Virus record (IMG/VR): IMGVR_UViG_3300021430_000864
Span: 1-64,000 of that record
Strand: one strand, 5' to 3'
DNA: 64,000 nt
Source: a virus
Lineage: Duplodnaviria > Caudoviricetes
This document shows positions 33,301 to 42,000 of the stretch, in pieces (position 1 is the first letter of the stretch; each line of letters begins with the position of its first letter). The position numbers and the translations under genes are program-made. The notes under the pieces were generated by a model. It was not told the origin of the DNA, did no database searches, and saw only the letters and a list, made by a program, of their open reading frames with translations.

Positions 33301-35573
33301 CACCAACACGTTCAGTAACACCATCAACAAGTATAACACCCACAATCACACCTACACGTTCAGTAACACCAACATCATCTATTACCCCAACCATAACACC
33401 AACACGTTCAGTAACCCCAACACGTTCAGTAACACCCACACGTTCAGTAACTCCGACACCAACAAGAACACCATCAATAACACCTACACGTTCAGTAACA
33501 CCAACGATTACACCATCACCAAGTCCACAGTATATAAACGCAATATTCCAATCATGTTGTCCGGGTGACACCACACTTTATTACGGTAGAGTTCCAATTG
33601 ACGCAATGTCGGGTGACATATTTTATTTACCGGATGCTATGATATGTGGTACATTTATTGTTACGGGAGGTCCCGGTGGTGTGATTGCTCAACAATATTT
33701 TGGTACATGTGAAGATTGTATTGCAGAATCTTTAGTATTTTGTCCTTCACCTACACCAACCCCAACATCAACTGTTACTCGTACACCAACAAGAACACCA
33801 TCTATCACCCCAACTATTACACCAACACGTTCCGTAACACCTACACGTTCAGTAACACCAACATCATCTATTACCCCAACCATAACACCTACACGTTCAG
33901 TAACTCCGACACCATCTATCACACCCACAATAACCCCAACACGTTCTGTAACACCAACACCATCGGTAACTGCGACTCGTTCAGTAACTCCTACACGTTC
34001 AGTAACCCCAACACGTTCAGTAACACCTACACGTTCAGTAACTCCGACACCAACAAGAACACCATCAATAACACCTTCACCATCAATGGCGATTGGTTAT
34101 GTTTATTTATTACCATGTTGTGATGGTGGTGGTTTCACGGCAAATTCACAATTTTTAAGTGTTACCACTTCATTGGTGTGGTTACAAGCAACAAATAGAC
34201 AAGGATATACAATTGTAATAAATGGGTGTTGTTATGTGATTGAGGGTTATTCACCAACATTTAGTGCACCAAATTTCACAGGTGTTGATGGGTATTTTGA
34301 TTCTTCATCATTTGTTGCAGAATCATGTCAACAATGTATTGCGGTTAACCCATGTCAATCACATCAATACCAATTGGAACCATGTGCCGCTTGTTGTGGA
34401 ATATCTGGACCCCAAACAATTCAGTTTGGTTGTGAAATCGATGACCCAAATACTTTAGTGGGTAGTATAATTTCAATAAATGGTTGTTGTTATGTTGTAC
34501 AAACATATCTTGGACCGGGAGCACCGAATGCGGGTACTATTGCATATGGACCGTTTGACTTATGTAACGATTGTCAGGTATATTACCCATGTCCGACACC
34601 AACACCAACCCCAACACGTTCAGTAACACCAACACCATCAAGAACACCGTCAGTTACACCATCAAGAACACCATCTATCACCCCAACTAGGACAATAACA
34701 CCAACTAGGACAATAACACCAACTCGTTCTATAACACCTACATCATCTATTACCCCAACAAGAACTCCTTCACCAACTCCTTCACCACTCCCTTGTTATT
34801 GTCACACAATTATAATTGACCAAGATGACATTGACCCAGTTTTTGGGGGACCGATTATTGAAGTAATTGAATGTGATGGTCAACCAAATAATGAACAATT
34901 TAACACTGCAGGAACATATGCTCGTTGTTACATAGAAGTTCAAAATTTCTACGCATTTGATTCATTAGGTCTTACTTATGAACCTACATTATCATCATGG
35001 ACAAACACATTTACACCATGTACAGGTCACGGAGATTGTGTTGTACCTACACCTACTCCAACACCTACTCCAACACCAACACCGTCAGTTACACCGGCTT
35101 GTAATTGTATAGATTATTCACTTAGTGGATTAGAGGAAGCGACATATATAGAGTACATTGATTGTAACGGAAACTCTCAAGTTATAAACGACCCAAGTTT
35201 TTGGACACTTAGTAGCTCTTCAATCAACTTATGTGCGTGTGAGGATTCAATACAAACAGATACACGTGATATTAGAATAGGTTCTAATGGTTCGTGTCCT
35301 GAATGTACATGTTATGAAATATTTATTGACCCACAAGACATAGCAATTGCGGATGATAATACGGTTTACTTCTACTACCAATGTTGTGATGGTTCATGGT
35401 ACATACAACCATACTATTCACCGGGAATGCAACCAAGTCTTTGTATTACTCGACCAATACATTTCGGTATAGTTTTACAAGGAACTTTAGTGACAGCATT
35501 TAACTCATATTCCGGAGCGGGTTCACCATGTTGTGGAGGACTTAGAAACTGTAACTGTTTTGAAACATGCTAA
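27360..35573 (+). CDS. Giant mucin-like Thr/Pro/Ser-rich protein with Cys-rich modules (2737 aa), probable virion appendage
   Basis: ~65-aa N-terminal domain, ~1990-aa PTS tract, then six Cys-rich modules separated by PTS linkers; no signal peptide; lies between baseplate and tail-collar genes. Confidence 0.8.
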   Translation: MALIKINTGNFDGETGIITFYPCTGGTISLGTVVMPYYYETNYYLGTYSVFFPALDKTCVAEIPCPTPSSTPTPTTTPTATPTPSITPTLTPTPTRTPTRTPSPTRTPSVTTTPSPSVTPSITPSASPEVTPTITPTVTPSTSVTPTETPTVTPTVTPSTSVTPTVTPSETPSLTPTVTPSTSVTPTVTPSETPTVTPTVTSTVTPTITPSESVTPTVTPSETPTVTPTITPSVSVTPTLTPTETPTNTPTVTPSTSVTPTVTPSETPTITPTITPSTSITPTVTPTETPTITPTVTPSTSVTPTVTATVTPTITPTITPSTSITPTVTPSETPAITPSLTPTTSVTPTITPTVTETVTPTVTPSTSVTPTVTATVTPTVTPSTSVTPTVTSTVTPTITPTITPSTSVTPTVTATVSATVTPTITPTTSITPTVTPTETPTITPTITPSTSITPTVTPTETPTITPTITPSTSVTPTVTPTVTSTVTPTVTPSTSVTPTVTPTETPTITPTVTPSSSVTPTITPTVTSTVTPTITPSTSVTPTTSVTPTVTSTITPTVTPSVSVTPTITPTITPTVTPSTSVTPSTSVTPSFTPTVTATVTPTVTPTPAPSCDIDYTRLPSPTPTTTPTPSLTPTVTPTITATITPTITPSTSITPTVTSTITPTVTPSTSVTPTITTTVTPTVTPSVSVTPTITPTVTATVTPTVTPSTSITPTLTSTVTPTVTPTITPSTSVTPSVTPTISATVTPTITPTTSITPTVTPTISATVTPTVTPSTSITPTVTPTLTATVTPTVTPSVSVTPTVTPSTSVTPTITSTVTATITPTVTPSVSVTPTITPTRTASVTPTITPTITPSTSVTPTITPTVTPTITPTITPSTSVTPTVTPTVTPSSSVTPTITPTISATITPTVTPSTSVTPSTSVTATVTPTITPTVTPSVSVTPTITTTQTPTVTPSTSVTPTITPTITPTITPSTSVTPTVTATITPTITPTVTPSSSVTPTITPTITPTVTSTVTPTVTPSVSVTPTITPTVSATVTPTITPSTSVTPSTSVTPTVTPTITPTVTPTVTPSTSITPTITPTITPTQTPSTSVTPTITATITPTITPTITPSTSVTPTITPTLTATVTPTVTPTVTPSTSVTPSTSVTPSTSVTPTITPTVTPTVTATVTPTRTPSTTVTPTVTPSTSVTPSITPTITPTITATVTPTVTPSTSVTPSTSVTPTVTATITPTITPTVTPSTSVTPTVTPTITPTITPTVTPSTSITPTITPTITPTVTSTVTPSTSVTPTITPTVTPTVTPSTSITPTITPTRTASVTPTITPTVTPSTSVTPSTSVTPSTSITPTVTPTRTASVTPTITPTVTPSTSVTPTITPTITPTVTPSTSVTPTVTPTVTPTVTSSTSVTPTITPTRTATVTPSTSVTPTITPTITSTITPTVTPTVTPSTSVTPSTSITPTVTPSVTPTITPTITPTRTPSTSVTPTVTPSTSVTPTRTASVTPTITPTVTPSTSVTPTITPTVTPSTSVTPTITPTVTPTITPTRTPSTSVTPSTSITPTVTPTITPTRTPSTSVTPSVTSSVTPTVTPSTSVTPTITPTRTPSVSVTPTITPTITPTVTPTITPSTSVTPSTSITPTITPTRTASVTPTVTPSTSVTPSTSITPTITPTITPTRTASLTPTVTPSTSITPSTSVTPSTSVTPTITPSVTPTITPTRTPSTSVTPSVTPTITPTRTPSTSVTPSVTPTRTASVTPSTSITPSITPSRTPSITPTVTPSTSITPSITPSRTPSITPTITPTITPSTSITPTITPTRTASVTPTITPTVTPSTSITPSVTPSVTPSRTPSITPTVTPSTSVTPSITPTVTPSTSVTPSITPSRTPSITPTVTPSTSITPTVTPSTSVTPSITPSRTPTITPTRTPSTSITPSVTPSRTPSITPTVTPSTSITPSITPSITPTITPSTSVTPSVTPSRTPSITPTITPTRSVTPSTSITPTITPTRSVTPTSSITPTITPTRSVTPTRSVTPTRSVTPTPTRTPSITPTRSVTPTITPSPSPQYINAIFQSCCPGDTTLYYGRVPIDAMSGDIFYLPDAMICGTFIVTGGPGGVIAQQYFGTCEDCIAESLVFCPSPTPTPTSTVTRTPTRTPSITPTITPTRSVTPTRSVTPTSSITPTITPTRSVTPTPSITPTITPTRSVTPTPSVTATRSVTPTRSVTPTRSVTPTRSVTPTPTRTPSITPSPSMAIGYVYLLPCCDGGGFTANSQFLSVTTSLVWLQATNRQGYTIVINGCCYVIEGYSPTFSAPNFTGVDGYFDSSSFVAESCQQCIAVNPCQSHQYQLEPCAACCGISGPQTIQFGCEIDDPNTLVGSIISINGCCYVVQTYLGPGAPNAGTIAYGPFDLCNDCQVYYPCPTPTPTPTRSVTPTPSRTPSVTPSRTPSITPTRTITPTRTITPTRSITPTSSITPTRTPSPTPSPLPCYCHTIIIDQDDIDPVFGGPIIEVIECDGQPNNEQFNTAGTYARCYIEVQNFYAFDSLGLTYEPTLSSWTNTFTPCTGHGDCVVPTPTPTPTPTPTPSVTPACNCIDYSLSGLEEATYIEYIDCNGNSQVINDPSFWTLSSSSINLCACEDSIQTDTRDIRIGSNGSCPECTCYEIFIDPQDIAIADDNTVYFYYQCCDGSWYIQPYYSPGMQPSLCITRPIHFGIVLQGTLVTAFNSYSGAGSPCCGGLRNCNCFETC
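27555..33527 (+). repeat. Degenerate coding repeat: [VI]TP[TS] and STS[VI]TP units
   Basis: About 6 kb of ACN/CCN/TCN-rich codons; exact 59-bp duplication at 28167-28225 and 28683-28741. Confidence 0.95.
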
Positions 35574-35590
35574 TAAAATGATGATTTAAC

Positions 35591-35598
35591 TATTTATA
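35591..35598 (+). promoter_or_regulatory. Putative late promoter motif TATTTATA
   Basis: 13 nt before ATG 35612. Confidence 0.6.
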
Positions 35599-35611
35599 AA
35601 GAGATAATAAA

Positions 35612-37021
35612 ATGCCAACACCAACTCCAACACCTTCAGTTAGTCCGGGATGTAGTAATTACTTATTCAAACTACAAGACGTGTATTATGCAACACAAGC
35701 TGGTCCCTTTAATTTATCAGGAACAACCGATTTAGGTTCAACTATATTAATAGAATCTGGTGTTACATTAAGTCAACTACAATCAGGATTTACCGCGACG
35801 ATATGTACAACAATAACCGGAGGTACAATACAAAGTATTGGGAGTTGTGACACATTATTCAATTACGTAATATTCATACCATCACCAACACCTACCCCAT
35901 CTATTACGCCAACCCCAACACCATCAGTTTCAATAACACCTACAATCACCCCAACTATAACACCATCAAGCTCAAGTGTTCAACAAGTTTCAGTAACACC
36001 AACACCAACACGAACTGTTACACCAACCCCAACGCGCTCAGTGACCCCAACACCATCTAGTAGTTTACCACCTGTAGGTGAATATTATTACCGACCAAAC
36101 AGTTGGGCCCCACCATATATTAATCAAGGTAGTGGGGATAATTACTTAGTAACATCGAATAGTTTATCGACAGAGATTAGTACGTCTGTTATTGATTACA
36201 CAACAACCGATTGGTCATTTTCATTATGGGGTTACCCTCAATTTGATACCACCGTACCACCTTTTGACAATTATGGTAAAACCTATGTTTCAACCTTAGT
36301 TTCAATTTGTGTACCGGGAGCAACACCTCCTTTCCCTGACACAACATTAACCAATCTTACAATTGCAGTTGAATATACTTCAGGGGCAACGTTGGTTAAC
36401 GATTTAGTTGTTTATATGTTGGATGATTTGAATAGAAGTGCGAAATGGACATGGGCGATTAATTCTGACCCAAATGCAACCATAACGGGTGTTAGTCCTT
36501 TAGAAATGTGGGATAATATTAATTTCGGTAGTACTTTAAATTCGGATAGATTCTCAAATATTGTGATTACACATGATAATTCTTTAGTTATTAGTTCACC
36601 ATCAGGTAGTACAATGGCATATTGGAATGGAGAATTACTTGAATTAAAATCGTACACCGAAAGTGGTCCTGTATATCCTCATATTAGTAATTACAATTCA
36701 TTAAATGATTCTAAATTCTATATAGCACAAGGTAGTTTAATGGGTAATAATGGTGCTTTTCATCCATTGAGCACAAATATTGATAACCCAATATATTTCC
36801 CATCAATAATTTTATCTCCATCCGAATCACTTACAATTTATAATGGTGGTGTTGTACAAACATCAATAACCACAGGTTTGGGTCAAGCATATATTTGGAA
36901 TTTTGATAACTTATCGGCATCTCATTTGGAGTGTTTAGACCAAACAAATGTAACAGTTCCACAATTTCTGTTAGAACAAAAAAGTGGTGGTGGGGGAATA
37001 CAAACCTATATTCTTGTATAA
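35612..37021 (+). CDS. PTS-linker protein with C-terminal LamG/concanavalin-like domain
   Basis: TPTPTPS linkers; WSFSLW...NIVITHD...YWNGE...LTIYNGG pattern resembles LamG jellyroll. Confidence 0.55.
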   Translation: MPTPTPTPSVSPGCSNYLFKLQDVYYATQAGPFNLSGTTDLGSTILIESGVTLSQLQSGFTATICTTITGGTIQSIGSCDTLFNYVIFIPSPTPTPSITPTPTPSVSITPTITPTITPSSSSVQQVSVTPTPTRTVTPTPTRSVTPTPSSSLPPVGEYYYRPNSWAPPYINQGSGDNYLVTSNSLSTEISTSVIDYTTTDWSFSLWGYPQFDTTVPPFDNYGKTYVSTLVSICVPGATPPFPDTTLTNLTIAVEYTSGATLVNDLVVYMLDDLNRSAKWTWAINSDPNATITGVSPLEMWDNINFGSTLNSDRFSNIVITHDNSLVISSPSGSTMAYWNGELLELKSYTESGPVYPHISNYNSLNDSKFYIAQGSLMGNNGAFHPLSTNIDNPIYFPSIILSPSESLTIYNGGVVQTSITTGLGQAYIWNFDNLSASHLECLDQTNVTVPQFLLEQKSGGGGIQTYILV

Positions 37022-37032
37022 CAATTGAATAG

Positions 37033-37040
37033 TATTTATA
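37033..37040 (+). promoter_or_regulatory. Putative late promoter motif TATTTATA
   Basis: 11 nt before ATG 37052. Confidence 0.6.
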
Positions 37041-37051
37041 AGTAAAAAACA

Positions 37052-38689
37052 ATGGGATTAAACATAAAATTATATAATATTATTACCGATGGTAGTTATA
37101 GTTTAAGATATAAAACCGGTGATTATCCGTATCCTGAAACTGTGGATTCAACATTTACATTTTATGGTAGTGGGCTAACCGATTCAAGCATTGTGATTAC
37201 AGGTTTGACATTTGATACTCAATATTGGGTAAAAATGACCGACGAGACTACCGGAAGATATATAATTAAAAATATATATACAAACGACAGCAAGGCGTTT
37301 CCATGTTATGATACAATATGTTTTGATGTTGAGGTTTTATGTTTATCTCAAACCCCAACTCCAACACCATCATCAATTCCCGTACAAACTCAAACTCCAA
37401 CCCCAACACCTACTCTAACTCCAACACCATCATATATTTGTAGTGATAGTGTTAGAAATACTTTAAGTGCAACAAATGGATATAGTGCGGTGGGTAGACA
37501 AGGTATGGTTTACTCTTCAGTAACCAATAAAGCATATGTTTTAGATTCAGATAGTGTTACCGTAAAATCTTTTGTTCCAAATTCAACAACATTAACTACT
37601 GAATTCACATGGTCAGGAACTTCATTATTATTGGGTTATAACCCAACTGAAAATAAATTATACAGTTGGCGTTCAACAATTAGTCCAATTAACATTTTAA
37701 TCAGAGATTTAGACACTAACACATCAACTTCAGTTTCAATTAGTGGAATAACAGGACAGGGGTTAGGTAAAATTTTATTCAATTCAACATTAAATAAGAT
37801 TTATGCATTCTCACAAAGTGTAAATTTCACAACCGCACAGATTAGTGTTATTGATGGTACAACTAATACATTTACAAACCAATACACGGGTATAACGTTA
37901 ACAAATCCAAATGCTGTTGTACATAACCCAAACAATAATAAGTTATACATAGCACAAGGTGGTAGAATCTATTCTTGTTCAGGTAATGACCTTACTTTAG
38001 ATGTTGCAACATTACCGGTAACATCGGGTTTAATTGCATTAGATGAGATAAATAATATAATTTATATGGTTGATTCAACAACTGTTTATAAAATAGATGC
38101 GTCAACTAATACCACAATTTCAAACACATCTATAACAGGTAGTTGGGATTCCTCATCTTTAAGGTCAATGACTTATAACCCTGACAATGGAAAACTTTAC
38201 ATTAGTAGATATGTAACAGGTTCAGACGGATTTTTAGGTTCTTTAAACCCAACATCCGGTGCGTTTACAGAAATTATTGGTGATGGTATATCAGAACCAC
38301 TTTACGCACCAACAAATACAATTTATGGTATTAACGGCGATGCACTGTACGAAATATGTGGTTCAGAATCAATACTACCTCAAACAACTCCTACCCCAAC
38401 ACCAACAAAAACCCCCACCCCAACACCATCAATTTCATATAAAACATGGATAATACAAGAATGTACATCACCATGTGTTGGGGGACAATGTGGATGTGGT
38501 GAACAAATATCAACAACAGTTTATACGGCACCAAATGTTACTGATTTAACAGACCCATCTACCGTTATTTGTATCAATACAACATTAACATTGGCATTTA
38601 CAGGATTTTTCGCACAAAGTGGTGAGATATATGATGTGAACTCAGGTACACCAACACAATATTGTACGATTGGTCTTGACCCATGTTAA
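37052..38689 (+). CDS. PTS-linker protein with YVTN/YncE-like beta-propeller
   Basis: Repeats YSSVTNKAYV, GYNPTENKLYS, FNSTLNKIYA, HNPNNNKLYIA, LDEINNIIY, YNPDNGKLYIS at propeller-blade spacing; ends in Cys. Confidence 0.7.
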   Translation: MGLNIKLYNIITDGSYSLRYKTGDYPYPETVDSTFTFYGSGLTDSSIVITGLTFDTQYWVKMTDETTGRYIIKNIYTNDSKAFPCYDTICFDVEVLCLSQTPTPTPSSIPVQTQTPTPTPTLTPTPSYICSDSVRNTLSATNGYSAVGRQGMVYSSVTNKAYVLDSDSVTVKSFVPNSTTLTTEFTWSGTSLLLGYNPTENKLYSWRSTISPINILIRDLDTNTSTSVSISGITGQGLGKILFNSTLNKIYAFSQSVNFTTAQISVIDGTTNTFTNQYTGITLTNPNAVVHNPNNNKLYIAQGGRIYSCSGNDLTLDVATLPVTSGLIALDEINNIIYMVDSTTVYKIDASTNTTISNTSITGSWDSSSLRSMTYNPDNGKLYISRYVTGSDGFLGSLNPTSGAFTEIIGDGISEPLYAPTNTIYGINGDALYEICGSESILPQTTPTPTPTKTPTPTPSISYKTWIIQECTSPCVGGQCGCGEQISTTVYTAPNVTDLTDPSTVICINTTLTLAFTGFFAQSGEIYDVNSGTPTQYCTIGLDPC

Positions 38690-38718
38690 AAACGGTTTAC
38701 AATAAACAACATTTTCCA

Positions 38719-38726
38719 TATTTATG
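38719..38726 (+). promoter_or_regulatory. Putative late promoter motif TATTTATG
   Basis: 4 nt before ATG 38731. Confidence 0.5.
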
Positions 38727-38730
38727 ATAT

Positions 38731-39081
38731 ATGCCATCAATAAATCAGTATCAAATAACAATATCAAACTTTTCAGGTAACACACCGTGTGAAGGTTATT
38801 ATATCTACACAGGTCTTACCCATAATATTGATGATGCGGATTATATAAATGGTTCAGCCACATTAATACCAATATCCACAGGATATACATTTAATGTGAA
38901 TGTATTAGACACATATCCACAAATATTTTTATTTGTTGAACATTGTGATGGACACATAAACCCCATACCGGGTTCAACACCGAAATTACAAGGTGGATAT
39001 CAAATGGCGTTACTCGATTTAAGATGTGACGATTGTTTTGTTCCTTGTACGTTTGGTGTGAATGTTATAAAATTAATTTAA
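38731..39081 (+). CDS. Small Cys-containing structural protein of the PTS cluster
   Basis: 116 aa, late motif upstream, C-terminal CDDCFVPCTFGVNV. Confidence 0.65.
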   Translation: MPSINQYQITISNFSGNTPCEGYYIYTGLTHNIDDADYINGSATLIPISTGYTFNVNVLDTYPQIFLFVEHCDGHINPIPGSTPKLQGGYQMALLDLRCDDCFVPCTFGVNVIKLI

Positions 39082-39098
39082 GTAATAGATAATAGTAA

Positions 39099-42000
39099 AT
39101 GGCGATATATGTTTTTCAACAATGTAGTAATCCAGCAAATACTGCTGAATTTGACATAGACACCGGAATCTACTCCGTTGGTGATGTTCTTTTTTCTTTC
39201 ACTAATGGTGCTACATGTTGGGAAATGACCGCAACTCCAGGTTCGGGACCGGCTAGTGCACCTGACTTTGGTCCTTATGATAATTGTACCGAATGTACAA
39301 CAGATACAAATGCATGGGAATTTCAAAGTTGTTGTAACCCATCATCAACCGTATATTTTGGAATAACAAATGGTGATTTAAGTAGTTTCGCACCAAGTTC
39401 TATTATTGAATATAGTGGTGAATGTTGGCAATTTACTGGTAATTTTTACTCAGGAACAACCGGCACGGTTGGTACACTCATACCGGATGATATTACGGGA
39501 ACTGATTGTATTGATTGTGAGTTAACTTGTCCAACTCCAACTCCAGCACCTAGCATTACCCCAACTCCAAGTATTGCGGTAAAGACAAAGAATTTTTATA
39601 ATTGTTGTGATATTGGTGGTGAAATCTATACAACACTAAGTGATAATGAATATAACGCCGGTGATACCTATTATAACGGTACAGGATGTTACATCGCAAC
39701 TGCAGATGGTCCGGGTGGTGGGTCAAATGTTGATGATACGGGTACATGGACAAAAATAACGGGTTGTTCAAATGGAGAATGTCCGACATGTCCAACTCCA
39801 ACTCCAACTCCAACCCCAACACCACCACCAGCATCTTTAACTCCAACCCCAACTCCAACCCCAACTGCGGATGATAATTGTGGTTGTTGGACAATAACAA
39901 TATTACAAATAGATTTAGATGCGGCGACGGGAAATACCGACATTAGTTTGAATGGTAAGGTATTTTTTCCGTACACACCTTGTGGTGTTGCTACAACAGA
40001 AATAACAGGGTCAACAACCGTTGCAGGAGATTATAGTTTTTGTTTGAATGATGACCAAATACCACCTTCCGGTGCGTATTATTTTGTTAGTGATTTTCAA
40101 GTAAGTGCTAGTAGTTATTGGACTGATAATGAAACCTCTTGTACCACCAATGGTGAATGTACTCCTGAACCTTCAGTAACACCAACACGTTCAGTAACCC
40201 CAACTATAACACCAACACGAACACCAACACCTACCGTTACAGCATCGGCATCGGTAACACCTCAACCATCACCATCATTTAATGATTTTCCATCACCAAC
40301 ACCAACAATTTCGGTAACACCATCAATAACTCCTACACCATCTATTACACCATCTATCACCCCAACACCATCTGAAACACCACCGCTAGAACTTTATACG
40401 TGGACTTTCATTGATTGTTGTAGTACTGAACCTGAACCACTTAATTTAGTAAAATTTAATATATTAGGGACACCAACAACAATAAGTCTTAGTTCACCAA
40501 ACACCTATCTTTTTGATGGTAAGTGTTATACCGCACATTCAGGACCTGAATATCCTGCGGGACCATTTCCGGTACAAACAGTAGGACCTATTTATCCTGA
40601 TTGTGAAGAGTGTTCTATTGAAAACCCGTGTCCAACCCCAACCCCGACACCTTCAGAATCGGTAACACCGACACCAACCGAAACACCGACACCAACCGAA
40701 ACACCAACAGTTACCCCAACAGTTACCCCAACAGTTACCCCAACCTTTACACCATCAATATCAATAAGTACAACACCCAAACCCACCTCAAGTGTAACAC
40801 CTACTATTACACCCGAACCCACCTCAAGTGTAACACCTACTATTACACCCGAACCCACTTCAAGTACAACTCCGACCGTAACCCCAACAGTAACTTCAAG
40901 TACAACTCCATCAATTACATCAAGTGTAACACCAACAACAACACCATCGACTTCACCAACACCAACTATTGGCACATCACCTTCAAATACACCAAGTATA
41001 ACACCTTCTGAAACTCCCAGTAACACCCCAACACAAACATCGAGTGTAACTCCAACTGAAACACCAACATTAACTCCAACTGAAACACCAACAAATTCAG
41101 TTACCCCATCGGTTTCATCAACACCAACACCAACTTTAGGTGCATCACCATCAATTACTCCAAGTACCACACCTTCTGAAACACCTTCTGAAACACCGTC
41201 AACAACACCAAGTGAAACACCATCTGTAACACCATCCGAAACTCCAAGTGTTACACCATCATCCACTTTGGGTGTGTCACCATCTGTAACACCATCAACA
41301 ACACCAAGTGAAACACCTTCTGAAACACCAAGTGTTACACCAACAAACAGTTTAACACCAACACCAACAACAACTCCATCGATTTCTATTACACCAAGTG
41401 TAAGTTTAACACCAACATTAACACCAACACCCTCTTCAAGTCCTTTTTCACCATGTGTAAATGATACTGTTACACCAAAAGGTGTGAAAATAACATTTAA
41501 TTCTGGCTCAATTTATACAAATTGTTCGGTTTATACGGGATTAACTTCAACAACCATAACAGGTTCAACTTATTGTACGTCAATGTCAACAGGTGACATC
41601 TGTGATTTAACAGGGATTACTGCAACGTTGATGGAAATGTATGTTAAGATTGTGTGTGAAGGGTGTTGTGAACAAGTATTTAGAGTTAACTTAGATGAAT
41701 GTTGTGGGAACACGGGTGTTACACCAACACCAACCCCTACTTTGGGTGTGTCACCATCAATTACCCCAAGTATAACACCATCCACAACTCCGAGTGTATC
41801 GGTTACACCATCAGCATCTATAACTCCTTCGATTAGTTTAAGTGCAACACCAACAGCAACTCCAAGTTTAACACCACCACCATCAGGATTGGCGTGTTAT
41901 TGTTATGTTTTTGATATTGACCCGAGTGAATTTGGAATATATGGTGGACCAATTGTTGAATATTTAGATTGTACGTCAACCCCACAAAGCAATTCATTTA

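Noticed and set aside
27488-33574. Long minus-strand Val/Gly/Thr ORFs (549, 301, 112 and 986 aa; also 40592-41266)
   Set aside because: Shadows of the plus-strand Thr/Pro/Ser codons, whose reverse complements rarely form stops; they coincide exactly with the PTS tracts and have no promoter or other support.
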